A program made the position numbers and the translations under genes. The notes under the pieces were generated by a model, which ran no database searches, was not told the origin of the DNA, and was given only the letters and a program-made list of their open reading frames with translations. 33,230 nt of DNA from Patescibacteria group bacterium. Its GTDB lineage: Bacteria > Patescibacteriota > Minisyncoccia > HO2-45-28. Positions within the stretch are counted from its first letter, which is position 1; each line of letters begins with the position of its first letter. Below are positions 18,557 through 25,881 of the stretch, in pieces. Where the stretch lies: the NCBI GenBank assembly GCA_038063435.1, contig JBBTVC010000016.1:1-33230 (forward strand), written 5' to 3'.

Positions 18557-18596
18557 CAGTAATCTAATAGTAACGATCGTTACTATTAGATTACTG
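18557..18596. repeat. 40-bp perfect palindrome centred on CGATCG
   Basis: cagtaatctaatagtaacga|tcgttactattagattactg equals its own reverse complement (checked base by base). It is intergenic. Confidence 0.9.
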
Positions 18597-18640
18597 CGGC
18601 GCTAGATAGACGTTGCGTACAATTTATAGAATATAAAAAA

Positions 18641-18678
18641 ATTAAAAATCCAAGAGGCCGATTTTGGTTTATTTGACA
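18641..18678. repeat. trpS 3'-end relic, copy 1 (the most degraded)
   Basis: attaaaaatccaagaggccgattttggtttatttgaca. The reverse complement reads (stop)-T-K-I-G-L-L-D-F-stop, compared with the trpS C-terminus K-S-K-I-G-L-L-Q-F-stop. Confidence 0.8.
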
Positions 18679-18701
18679 AAACATGTCTCCGGGTGTATAA
18701 T
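18673..18701 (+). promoter_or_regulatory. Consensus sigma70 promoter P1
   Basis: TTGACA (18673-18678), exactly 17 nt, TATAAT (18696-18701). Both hexamers are perfect consensus. Confidence 0.65.
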
Positions 18702-18779
18702 ATAAAAATAGTTCCCGCTTGCCCGTGGTTTCAGCATGGTGCTGGAATGAGGGGCGAGCAAAAACAAAGGAGGCCAGTC

Positions 18780-19397
18780 GTGGCCAAAAGCAACGCGGCG
18801 GTACAGTTCGCGGGTCACTTCCAGGCGGTCGTCGGAGAACTAGCCGGCCGTCTGGAAAAGAAGGGTGGGAGTATCGTTGAGGTTGTCTCCAGACTCGCGC
18901 AGCCAAAAAACGAGCAAGTTCTTGACCAGATTGTGGAGACGCTTGTCGGGCTCATCAACATCTTTCGAGTGAAAATCGGCGGAAGAAAAAACATCGCCAA
19001 AGTTGTCAAAGCGAGCGCCTGCGCCTGCGATAACTCGATCGTTGAGCGATGCGTATTGCAGACAGGGTGCGAGCGCTTGGTCACGATTGAGACTTTTACT
19101 GTTGAGCACTTTGATAACCCCGAACCAAGCGATACCGAGATTGAGGCCGAGCATATCAAAAGAGGCCTCAAGCGCCCGGATGTGGATCATGTAATCCACT
19201 TCGTAGAGCAATACAAGCATTTGCCGGTGGAAGGGCGTCCGATTATCTTCTATCTGCAGAATCCAGTTCCTGATGCCGGCAACCGCGGCGTTCTGTTTTT
19301 ATGGCGCAGCGGTGCCATACGTAATCTCGGCTGGCTCTGGATCGATCCGGGCCCTCGGTTGACTCGCCCATGCAGTTTTGCCGGTGTCCGCGAGTAG
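18780..19397 (+). CDS. Hypothetical 205-aa protein in cassette 1, visibly more G+C-rich than its neighbours
   Basis: GTG 18780 is preceded by AAGGAGG (18767-18773) with a 6-nt spacer. Promoter P1 lies upstream and hairpin T2 downstream. The track ORF start (18693) lies inside the -10 box. An alternative in-frame ATG is at 18747. I recognise no family motif. Confidence 0.6.
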   Translation: MAKSNAAVQFAGHFQAVVGELAGRLEKKGGSIVEVVSRLAQPKNEQVLDQIVETLVGLINIFRVKIGGRKNIAKVVKASACACDNSIVERCVLQTGCERLVTIETFTVEHFDNPEPSDTEIEAEHIKRGLKRPDVDHVIHFVEQYKHLPVEGRPIIFYLQNPVPDAGNRGVLFLWRSGAIRNLGWLWIDPGPRLTRPCSFAGVRE

Positions 19398-19461
19398 CGC
19401 TTGGATTCTATTTAACATTTTGCGATTAAAGAGTAATCAAAAAATAGACGTCAAAATTATT

Positions 19462-19491
19462 CCACCAGGGCTAAATGCCTAGGTGGTTTTT
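19462..19491. terminator. Hairpin terminator T2, homolog of T1
   Basis: CCACC (19462-19466) ... GGTGG (19482-19486), then TTTTTGTTT. Relative to T1, the G->A and C->T changes are compensatory within the stem. Confidence 0.65.
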
Positions 19492-19524
19492 GTTTGATTT
19501 TATAATTTTAAATTTACCAGACCC

Positions 19525-19536
19525 CTACGATCGTAG
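19525..19536. repeat. 12-bp palindrome CTACGATCGTAG, the short counterpart of the 40-bp palindrome
   Basis: It has the same ACGATCGT core and the same relative position (between the hairpin and the trpS relic) as 18557-18596. Confidence 0.5.
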
Positions 19537-19576
19537 AAATGTGGTTAATTTGGTTTTCAAGGCTTTTGTGGTTTTT

Positions 19577-19612
19577 GTTAAAAATCCAAAAGGCCGATTT
19601 TGGATTTTGACA
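19577..19612. repeat. trpS 3'-end relic, copy 2
   Basis: gttaaaaatccaaaaggccgattttggattttgaca. Positions 19587-19608 are identical over 22 nt to 19940-19961. The reverse complement reads S-K-S-K-I-G-L-L-D-F-stop. It contains the inverted repeat AAAATCCAAAA-ggccga-TTTTGGATTTT. Confidence 0.85.
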
Positions 19613-19635
19613 GGCCCCGTGCTTAAGAGTATTCT
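19607..19635 (+). promoter_or_regulatory. Putative promoter P2; its spacing implies a leaderless transcript
   Basis: TTGACA (19607-19612), 17 nt, TATTCT (19630-19635). The A of ATG 19642 is 7 nt after the -10 hexamer. Confidence 0.5.
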
Positions 19636-19641
19636 GTGTGC

Positions 19642-19911
19642 ATGGCCGACTATGTTACTAAAAAAGAGTTAAGAGACCTTCTTTCAGAACAGACGGAAGT
19701 AATTTTAAATGCTGTAGACGGAAAATTCGGCTTGCTTAAGGCGGAAATAGAGGAAAATAGACGACTAATCAAAGACTTAACTTTGACGCTGGATGAATTT
19801 ATGAAGCGGGTGATAAATCAAGACGAAGAAATCGTTTTGCTTCGCGCGAAAGTGGACAAAATAGCAGGTTTCATCAAAGAAAAATTCGGCGTAGAAATTT
19901 CCGCGCAGTAA
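19642..19911 (+). CDS. Hypothetical 89-aa coiled-coil protein in cassette 2
   Basis: MADYVTKKELRDLLSEQTEVILNAVDGKFGLLKAEIEENRRLIKDLTLTLDEFMKRV... is heptad-rich. There is no SD, which fits leaderless initiation from P2. Confidence 0.55.
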   Translation: MADYVTKKELRDLLSEQTEVILNAVDGKFGLLKAEIEENRRLIKDLTLTLDEFMKRVINQDEEIVLLRAKVDKIAGFIKEKFGVEISAQ

Positions 19912-19929
19912 AAAAGGAAAAACAAAAGA

Positions 19930-19961
19930 GTTAAAATTGCAAAAGGCCGATTTTGGATTTT
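19930..19961. repeat. trpS 3'-end repeat, copy 3 (the functional end of trpS)
   Basis: gttaaaattgcaaaaggccgattttggatttt covers the trpS stop codon and its last 9 codons. It matches copy 2 at 30 of 32 positions. Confidence 0.85.
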
Positions 19962-20923
19962 ACTTCGGCCATAGTTTTCTGGGCTTTGAGCCGGGCCTTG
20001 TTAGACCCCTCTTTTAAAATTTTTTCTATTTTTTTTGGATTTTTCGCGAGTTCTCTATATTTTTTTTGGATGGGCGCGAGATGCGCGATTATCGCTTCGG
20101 CTAAATCGTTTTTAAATTCGGCATAGCCCGAATTTTTATATTTTATTTCGAGTTTTTTTATCGGCGTCTCGCTTACCAGGTAAAAAATATCCAAAAGGTG
20201 GGATACGGCCGGCTTATTTATTGAGTCGTATTTTATAGCCGAGCCGGAATCCGTAACAGCTCTTTTAATTTTACTCCGGATTTTGTCCGGCGAGTCGAGC
20301 AGGGCGACATATGAATCGGAACCATGCGACTTGGACATCTTTTTTTGCGGATGCGTCAGCGAATAAATTTTAGGCACTTCATCAAAAAGAGACTGCGGCT
20401 CCGGAAATATTTTTCCGAAACGATGATTAAAGCGTCTCGCAATTTCGCGGGATATTTCCAGATGCGGATCCTGGTCTTTTCCTATCGGAACCCGGCTTGC
20501 TTTATAAATAAGAATGTCCGCGGCTTGAAGTACCGGATAATTTAAAATGCCAAAAGAGCCAGCTTTTGGGTTTTCGGCAACCATTTCTTTGTAGGTCGGA
20601 TTTAGTTCTAGCATTGAGACTGGGAGAAGCGTTGCAAGAATTGAAGATAGCTCGCCATGCTCCGGAACGGCCGATTGCAAAAATATAGTTGATTTTTTCG
20701 GATTAAGTCCGGCCGCAATCCAAGTGGTCACCATCTCGCGTGTTTTTTCTTTTATATTTTTAGTGGTTTTCAGGGTGGTTAAAGAGTGAAGGTCGGCGAC
20801 CATAAAGTAGCATTTATACTGATTTTGTATTGATATCCATTGGCGCACCGCGCCGAAATAATTTCCGATATGCTGTTCGCCGGTCGGTCTCATTCCCGAA
20901 AGGACTATTTCTTTTTGAGGCAT
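19931..20923 (-). CDS. trpS: Tryptophan--tRNA ligase
   Basis: 330 aa, class I motifs HIGNYFG (HIGH) and KMSKS, with TrpRS-like sequence throughout. Confidence 0.93.
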   Translation of the reverse strand: MPQKEIVLSGMRPTGEQHIGNYFGAVRQWISIQNQYKCYFMVADLHSLTTLKTTKNIKEKTREMVTTWIAAGLNPKKSTIFLQSAVPEHGELSSILATLLPVSMLELNPTYKEMVAENPKAGSFGILNYPVLQAADILIYKASRVPIGKDQDPHLEISREIARRFNHRFGKIFPEPQSLFDEVPKIYSLTHPQKKMSKSHGSDSYVALLDSPDKIRSKIKRAVTDSGSAIKYDSINKPAVSHLLDIFYLVSETPIKKLEIKYKNSGYAEFKNDLAEAIIAHLAPIQKKYRELAKNPKKIEKILKEGSNKARLKAQKTMAEVKSKIGLLQF

Positions 20924-20964
20924 AATAGTTAAAGTATAGCTAAAAAAGGATTTTCGGGCTACAC

Positions 20965-20993
20965 TTGACTAAATACGAGGCTCGCCCTATACT
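20965..20993 (+). promoter_or_regulatory. Putative promoter of the tuf-S10 operon
   Basis: TTGACT (20965-20970), 17 nt, TATACT (20988-20993), about 78 nt upstream of the tuf ATG. Confidence 0.5.
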
Positions 20994-21071
20994 ATTATCT
21001 ATAGGTTTTGAGCCTTTAATAAAGGTTATTTTTTAGTCAAAATATTAAAAGTTAATAATTAAATAAAAATT

Positions 21072-22265
21072 ATGGCAGAGAAATTTGAACGAACAAAGCC
21101 GCACGTAAACGTAGGCACAATAGGACATGTTGACCACGGCAAAACCACACTGACCGCGGCCATTTTGCACTCGCTGAATCTGGCCGGCAACAAAGTTAAA
21201 ATAGAAAAAGTCGAAGACATAGACAATGCTCCCGAGGAACGCCAGCGCGGAATCACCATCGCTTTACACCACTCGGAATACGAGACCGCAAAGCGCCACT
21301 ACGCGCACATTGATGCTCCGGGACATGCCGATTACATTAAAAACATGATTACGGGTGCCGCGCAAATGGACGGCGCGATTTTGGTTGTCTCCGCCGTTGA
21401 CGGCCCGATGCCGCAGACTCGCGAGCACATTCTTTTAGCACGTCAAGTCGGAGTGCCGGCGGTCATCGTTTTCCTCAATAAAGTTGACGCCGCTGAAGAC
21501 AAAGACCTGGTTGATTTGGTTGAAGCCGAGGTCCGGGAGCTTTTGAATAAATATGAATATCCTGGCGACAAGACTCCGATTATTCGCGGTTCAGCCCTTA
21601 AGGCCCTTGAAGCTAAGTCGGTTGACGATGAGTGGGTTAAAAAGATTTTAGAATTAACCACTGCTCTTGATGAATATATTCCCGAACCGGTCCGAGATAT
21701 TGAAAAGCCGTTTTTAATGCCGATTGAAGACATTTTCTCCATTGAGGGCCGAGGCACGGTGGTTACCGGACGAATTGAGCGCGGAAAGGCTAAGGTGTCG
21801 GAAGAAGTTGAAGTTGTTGGTTTGAAGCCGACCCAAAAAACGGTTGTTACTGGCATTGAAATGTTTAATAAATCTTTAGACGAGGGCATGGCCGGAGATA
21901 ACGCCGGAATACTTTTACGCGGACTTAAAAAGGAGGACGTTGAACGCGGACAAGTTCTCGCCAAGCCTGGCTCTATTACGCCGCATACCGAATTTGAAGC
22001 CCAAATTTATGTTTTGACCAAGGAAGAAGGCGGCCGGCATACTCCATTTTTTGCCGGCTATAAGCCCCAGTTTTACATGCGCACTACCGATGTGACGGGT
22101 GAGGCTGTTTTACCGCAAGGAACCGAGATGGTTATGCCAGGAGACACCATCAATCTGAACATTAAATTAATTGCGCCGGTGGCGCTTGAAGAAAAACAGC
22201 GTTTTGCCATCCGTGAAGGCGGCAAAACCGTAGGCGCTGGAGCCGTGACGAAAATAATCAAGTAA
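21072..22265 (+). CDS. tuf: Translation elongation factor Tu
   Basis: 397 aa with [22 protein letters not shown] and a canonical EF-Tu C-terminus. Confidence 0.98.
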   Translation: MAEKFERTKPHVNVGTIGHVDHGKTTLTAAILHSLNLAGNKVKIEKVEDIDNAPEERQRGITIALHHSEYETAKRHYAHIDAPGHADYIKNMITGAAQMDGAILVVSAVDGPMPQTREHILLARQVGVPAVIVFLNKVDAAEDKDLVDLVEAEVRELLNKYEYPGDKTPIIRGSALKALEAKSVDDEWVKKILELTTALDEYIPEPVRDIEKPFLMPIEDIFSIEGRGTVVTGRIERGKAKVSEEVEVVGLKPTQKTVVTGIEMFNKSLDEGMAGDNAGILLRGLKKEDVERGQVLAKPGSITPHTEFEAQIYVLTKEEGGRHTPFFAGYKPQFYMRTTDVTGEAVLPQGTEMVMPGDTINLNIKLIAPVALEEKQRFAIREGGKTVGAGAVTKIIK

Positions 22266-22277
22266 TCTTGGTTTAAC

Positions 22278-22628
22278 GTGGCAAAAACCGCTGTCAAGCC
22301 CCTGGCTTCAAAAAAAGACGAACGGCAAAAATTGCGGATTCGCGTGCGCGGATATGACAGCAAGATTTTAGACGCGAGCGTCAAACAGATTGTGGACACC
22401 TCTTTGCGCTACGGCGCCGAGCTTACGGGTCCGGTGCCATTGCCGACCGAAATCCGCAAGTACACGGTCAACCGCTCATCTTTTGTGCATAAAAATTCGC
22501 GGGAACAATTTGAGATGAGAATACATAAAAGACTGATTGATATTTTAAACCCCAACCCAAAAATCATTGACGCTCTGACTAACTTAAACCTGCCGGCAGG
22601 CGTGGACATTGAGATTAAAATGATGTAG
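22278..22628 (+). CDS. rpsJ: 30S ribosomal protein S10 (with ~15-aa N-terminal extension)
   Basis: [24 protein letters not shown]...[42 protein letters not shown] start. Confidence 0.93.
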   Translation: MAKTAVKPLASKKDERQKLRIRVRGYDSKILDASVKQIVDTSLRYGAELTGPVPLPTEIRKYTVNRSSFVHKNSREQFEMRIHKRLIDILNPNPKIIDALTNLNLPAGVDIEIKMM

Positions 22629-22652
22629 GGTTGAGTTTAAAGGATTGCCGAC

Positions 22653-22686
22653 AAAAACCCCGGGAATCCGGGGGGTTTTGTTTTTC
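22653..22686 (+). terminator. GC-rich hairpin plus T-run between rpsJ and rplC (intrinsic terminator or attenuator)
   Basis: AAAAA-CCCCGG-gaat-CCGGGG-GGTTTTGTTTTT: a 6-bp all-GC stem, a tetraloop, and a U-run. Confidence 0.6.
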
Positions 22687-22699
22687 TATCCGTAAAAAT

Positions 22700-23344
22700 A
22701 TGAGTTTTATTTTAGGACAAAAAAAAGAAATGCTGCAGATTTTTACCGCCGACGGCGAGGTCCGGCCGGCAACTTTGGTTGAGGCCGGGCCCGCGGTGGT
22801 GGTCCAGGTCAAAACCGAGGAAAAAGACGGCTACAGCGCCGTCCAGGTTGGCTACGGCTCTAAAAATCCCAAGCGCATTAAAAAACCGCAGAAAAGCCAC
22901 TTTGCAAAAATTTCGGATTCCAAATTTAAAAATCTGAACGCAATCAGATGGTTGCGGGAGTTTAGGGTTGATGATGTCAGCGGTTTTAAAGTCGGCGACG
23001 TAATCGATGCCGGAATTTTTAAGGAGGGAGAAAAGATAAAAGTAAGCGCGATTTCTAAAGGCAAAGGATTTCAAGGCGTGGTTAAGCGCCACGGATTTCA
23101 CGGCGGGCCGAGAACTCACGGCCAAAAACATTCGGAGCGCGAAGCGGGATCGATTGGCGGCGGCGGAAGGGCCGGCGGTCGGGTGGCTAAAGGCATGCGC
23201 ATGCCCGGACGCATGGGGGGGGACAGGGTCACCGTGCGCAATCTGGAAATTCTTAAAGTGGACGCCCAAAGCAACGCGATTTTGGTGTCCGGGGCAGTGC
23301 CAGGCAGGCGCGGAACACTGGTTGAAATAGTAAGTCAAAAATAA
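22700..23344 (+). CDS. rplC: 50S ribosomal protein L3
   Basis: MSFILGQKKEMLQIFT...GKGFQGVVKRHGF is canonical L3. ATG 22700 is chosen because the track ORF start (22631) would run through the hairpin. Confidence 0.93.
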   Translation: MSFILGQKKEMLQIFTADGEVRPATLVEAGPAVVVQVKTEEKDGYSAVQVGYGSKNPKRIKKPQKSHFAKISDSKFKNLNAIRWLREFRVDDVSGFKVGDVIDAGIFKEGEKIKVSAISKGKGFQGVVKRHGFHGGPRTHGQKHSEREAGSIGGGGRAGGRVAKGMRMPGRMGGDRVTVRNLEILKVDAQSNAILVSGAVPGRRGTLVEIVSQK

Positions 23345-23345
23345 A

Positions 23346-23987
23346 ATGAAAGCCGATGTTTACAATTTAGAGGGCAAGAAAGTTGAGACTCTGGAATTGC
23401 CGGAATCGGTTTTCGGTTTAAAGTGGAATGCCGATTTGATTCATCAGGTTGTTGAATCAATGCAGTCCAATCGCCGCAAGGGCACCGCTCAAGCCAAGGG
23501 CCGAGGCGAGGTTTCGGGCGGCGGCAAAAAACCGTGGCGCCAGAAAGGCACGGGACGCGCCCGTCACGGCTCCATTCGCTCGCCGATTTGGGCTGGCGGT
23601 GGTGTTACTCACGGACCGCTTTCCGAAAAAAATTACAGCCGCAAGATCAATAAAAAAGCCAAGAAAAAAGCATTTTTTATGGTTTTAGCCAAGAAAAACG
23701 CCGACGGCGAAATGCTGATTGTAAGCGATGTTGTTTTGGCTGAGGGCAAAACAAAAGCGGCCAAAAACGCGCTTGCGGCCCTAAGCCGCGTCAAAGGATT
23801 TAATAGTTTGAGCCGGGGCGGGGTTAAAATTATTGTAGTACCCAAAGATAAAAAAACGCTTTTGGCCTTTAGGAACATTCCGGGTATAAAAATGATGGAG
23901 GCGAGAAACATGAATCCGCTTGACGCGCTTTCAGTTAAGTATTTAGTACTTGGTCGTGACGATATTTTGAATTTAGTTAAAACTTAA
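23346..23987 (+). CDS. rplD: 50S ribosomal protein L4
   Basis: GEVSGGGKKPWRQKGTGRARHGSIRSPIWAGGGVTHGP is canonical L4. Confidence 0.95.
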   Translation: MKADVYNLEGKKVETLELPESVFGLKWNADLIHQVVESMQSNRRKGTAQAKGRGEVSGGGKKPWRQKGTGRARHGSIRSPIWAGGGVTHGPLSEKNYSRKINKKAKKKAFFMVLAKKNADGEMLIVSDVVLAEGKTKAAKNALAALSRVKGFNSLSRGGVKIIVVPKDKKTLLAFRNIPGIKMMEARNMNPLDALSVKYLVLGRDDILNLVKT

Positions 23988-23991
23988 AAAC

Positions 23992-24399
23992 ATGAACCTT
24001 CTGGATTTTTTCAAAAAAAGGGAAAAAATAAAAAGACTTGAAAAGTCGGCAGCGCAAGCCGAACCGGTTTTGACGCAAGATGATGCCGGAAAATCAGAAA
24101 GCCGGAAAGTTTTAGGCGAGTCTAAATCCGCGGCGTCTGTTTTACAAAAACCCCGGATTACCGAAAAGTCGTCAATTATGAACGAAAGAGGCGTCTATGT
24201 TTTTCGCGTCGCCTCTGGCGCCACTAAGCCCGAGGTGAAAAAAGCGGTTGAGGAATTGTATAAAGTAAGGGTAGAAAAGGTTAATATGATAAACATGCCT
24301 TCGCGTTTAAGGCGGCTTGGCCGTAAAATCGGCCGCCGTCCGGGTTATCGCAAGGCCTCGGTAAGAATAGCTCACGGCCAAAAAATTGAATTTTCATGA
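23992..24399 (+). CDS. rplW: 50S ribosomal protein L23 with ~45-aa N-terminal extension
   Basis: The core KPRITEKSSIMNERGVYVFRVASGATKPEVKKAVEELYKVRVEKVNMINMP is L23, and its position between rplD and rplB fits. Confidence 0.85.
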   Translation: MNLLDFFKKREKIKRLEKSAAQAEPVLTQDDAGKSESRKVLGESKSAASVLQKPRITEKSSIMNERGVYVFRVASGATKPEVKKAVEELYKVRVEKVNMINMPSRLRRLGRKIGRRPGYRKASVRIAHGQKIEFS

Positions 24400-25220
24400 A
24401 ATCTTATAAACCAACAACTCCATCTCGTCGTCATATGCAGGTTGTGGAATACCGCTCGTTTTTGAGCGCAGTTGAGCCGAAAAAGAGTTTGACTAAGGGG
24501 GCGCGAATACAAGCCGGAAGGAATAACCGCGGACGCATTACGGTGCGCCATCGCGGCGGAGGTGTTAAAAGGCTCTTTCGTCTGGTTGATTTTAAATATA
24601 ACAAGTTAAACATTCCGGCTCGCGTGGTTACGCTCGAATATGACCCGGGACGGTCGGGTTTCATTGGTCTGGTGCTTTATCGCGACGGGGAATATCGCTA
24701 TCATTTGATGCCGTCCGGAATTAAAGTCGGCGAAGAAATTATTGCGGCTGAAAACGCTCCGCTTAAACCCGGAAATCGCCGGCCGCTTCACTTGATTCCG
24801 CCGGGAACTTTGGTCTATAATGTCGAAATTGAGCCGAAATCGGAAGCTAAACTCATAAGAGCTGCGGCAGCTCGAGCCGAAATTTTAGCTCACGAAGAAA
24901 AATACAGCCAGCTTAAAATGCCTTCGGGCGAGATAAGAAGGATTAACAAGAATTCCTGGGCTTCAATAGGCCAAGTTTCAAACGAAGAGCGCTCTTTTAT
25001 TACCCTTGGCAAGGCTGGACGCGTAAGGAGAATGGGCGTCAGGCCGACGGTCAGAGGTTCGGCTATGAATCCGGTTGACCATCCTTACGGCGGAGGGGAG
25101 GGCCGGGCTTTAAGGGGTACCAGAAGGCCCAAAAACTTGTGGGGCCGCGGAACGCGCGGAGTAAAAACCCGCAAGCGCAAGAAGTATTCGCACTCTCTTA
25201 TTTTATCCCGCAGAAAATAA
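24396..25220 (+). CDS. rplB: 50S ribosomal protein L2
   Basis: [16 protein letters not shown]...[17 protein letters not shown] is canonical L2. Confidence 0.97.
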   Translation: MKSYKPTTPSRRHMQVVEYRSFLSAVEPKKSLTKGARIQAGRNNRGRITVRHRGGGVKRLFRLVDFKYNKLNIPARVVTLEYDPGRSGFIGLVLYRDGEYRYHLMPSGIKVGEEIIAAENAPLKPGNRRPLHLIPPGTLVYNVEIEPKSEAKLIRAAAARAEILAHEEKYSQLKMPSGEIRRINKNSWASIGQVSNEERSFITLGKAGRVRRMGVRPTVRGSAMNPVDHPYGGGEGRALRGTRRPKNLWGRGTRGVKTRKRKKYSHSLILSRRK

Positions 25221-25224
25221 AATT

Positions 25225-25545
25225 ATGACCAGATCCAGTAAAAAAGGTCCGTATGTGGATCCTAAATTGATGAAAAAAATCAGCAGACTTTCCGCCGGCT
25301 CGCGCGAGGTTATTAAGACATGGTCGCGCGGTTCTCAAATATCTCCGGAGATGGTGGGCTTTGTTTTTGGAGTTCACAACGGCCGTGATTTTATATCGGT
25401 TACGGCAACCGAAGAAATGGTCGGGCACCGCTTCGGCGAATTTTCTCCGACAAGAAAATTCGTAAGGCATGGCGGAAAAATGCAGCGCGAAATTGAGCAG
25501 AAGGCCGTTGAGTCGGCTAAGGTCGTGCCTGCCGCCACTAAATAA
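25225..25545 (+). CDS. rpsS: 30S ribosomal protein S19 (short C-terminal extension)
   Basis: [18 protein letters not shown]...[30 protein letters not shown]. Confidence 0.95.
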   Translation: MTRSSKKGPYVDPKLMKKISRLSAGSREVIKTWSRGSQISPEMVGFVFGVHNGRDFISVTATEEMVGHRFGEFSPTRKFVRHGGKMQREIEQKAVESAKVVPAATK

Positions 25546-25550
25546 AATCC

Positions 25551-25877
25551 ATGAAAGCAGAACTTAATTATATTCGCATAGCTCCGAGGAAGATGAGGCT
25601 GATTGCCGACATGATCCGGCGCAAAAAAATTGATGAGGCCGGAACTATTTTAAAGTTTTCTAAAAGAAAAGGAGCCAAGCCCTTATTCAAACTTTTAAAT
25701 TCGGCTTTAGCTAACGCCAAAACCAATTCGGGTTTTGATTCCGCGAAACTTCGCATTTCAAAATTAACGGTTGACGAAGGCCCGGTTTTTAAGCGTTTCA
25801 TGGCTAGGGCCAGAGGAACGCCGGCGCTTATTCGCAAAAAGACAAGCCACATAAAAATGATTCTCGGCGAAAAATAA
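25551..25877 (+). CDS. rplV: 50S ribosomal protein L22
   Basis: IRIAPRKMRLIADMIRRKKIDEAGTILKFS...VDEGPVFKRFMARARG. Confidence 0.93.
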   Translation: MKAELNYIRIAPRKMRLIADMIRRKKIDEAGTILKFSKRKGAKPLFKLLNSALANAKTNSGFDSAKLRISKLTVDEGPVFKRFMARARGTPALIRKKTSHIKMILGEK

Positions 25878-25881
25878 TTTT

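Noticed and set aside
18586-19220. Minus-strand ORFs (18586-18906, 18815-19171, 18840-19220) opposite the 205-aa gene
   Set aside because: They are shorter and lack a promoter, RBS or terminator in the minus orientation. The plus frame has a consensus promoter, AAGGAGG and a downstream hairpin. G+C-rich genes commonly throw long antisense ORFs.
18641-19961. Interpreting the repeats as integron attC sites or an integron cassette array
   Set aside because: The GTTAAAA at the repeat edge does not fit the GTTRRRY core because the last base is A. No intI or attI is present. The repeats are demonstrably trpS coding sequence. The cassettes carry their own promoters, unlike classic integron cassettes.
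22712-23338. 208-aa minus-strand ORF opposite rplC, and similar long antisense ORFs opposite rplE/rplX (27917-28608), recA (12968-13511), tuf (21443-21964) and ftsK (10653-11528)
   Set aside because: Each overlaps an unambiguous conserved gene on the other strand, and the translations are low-complexity or Ser/Arg/Pro-rich. These are shadow ORFs.
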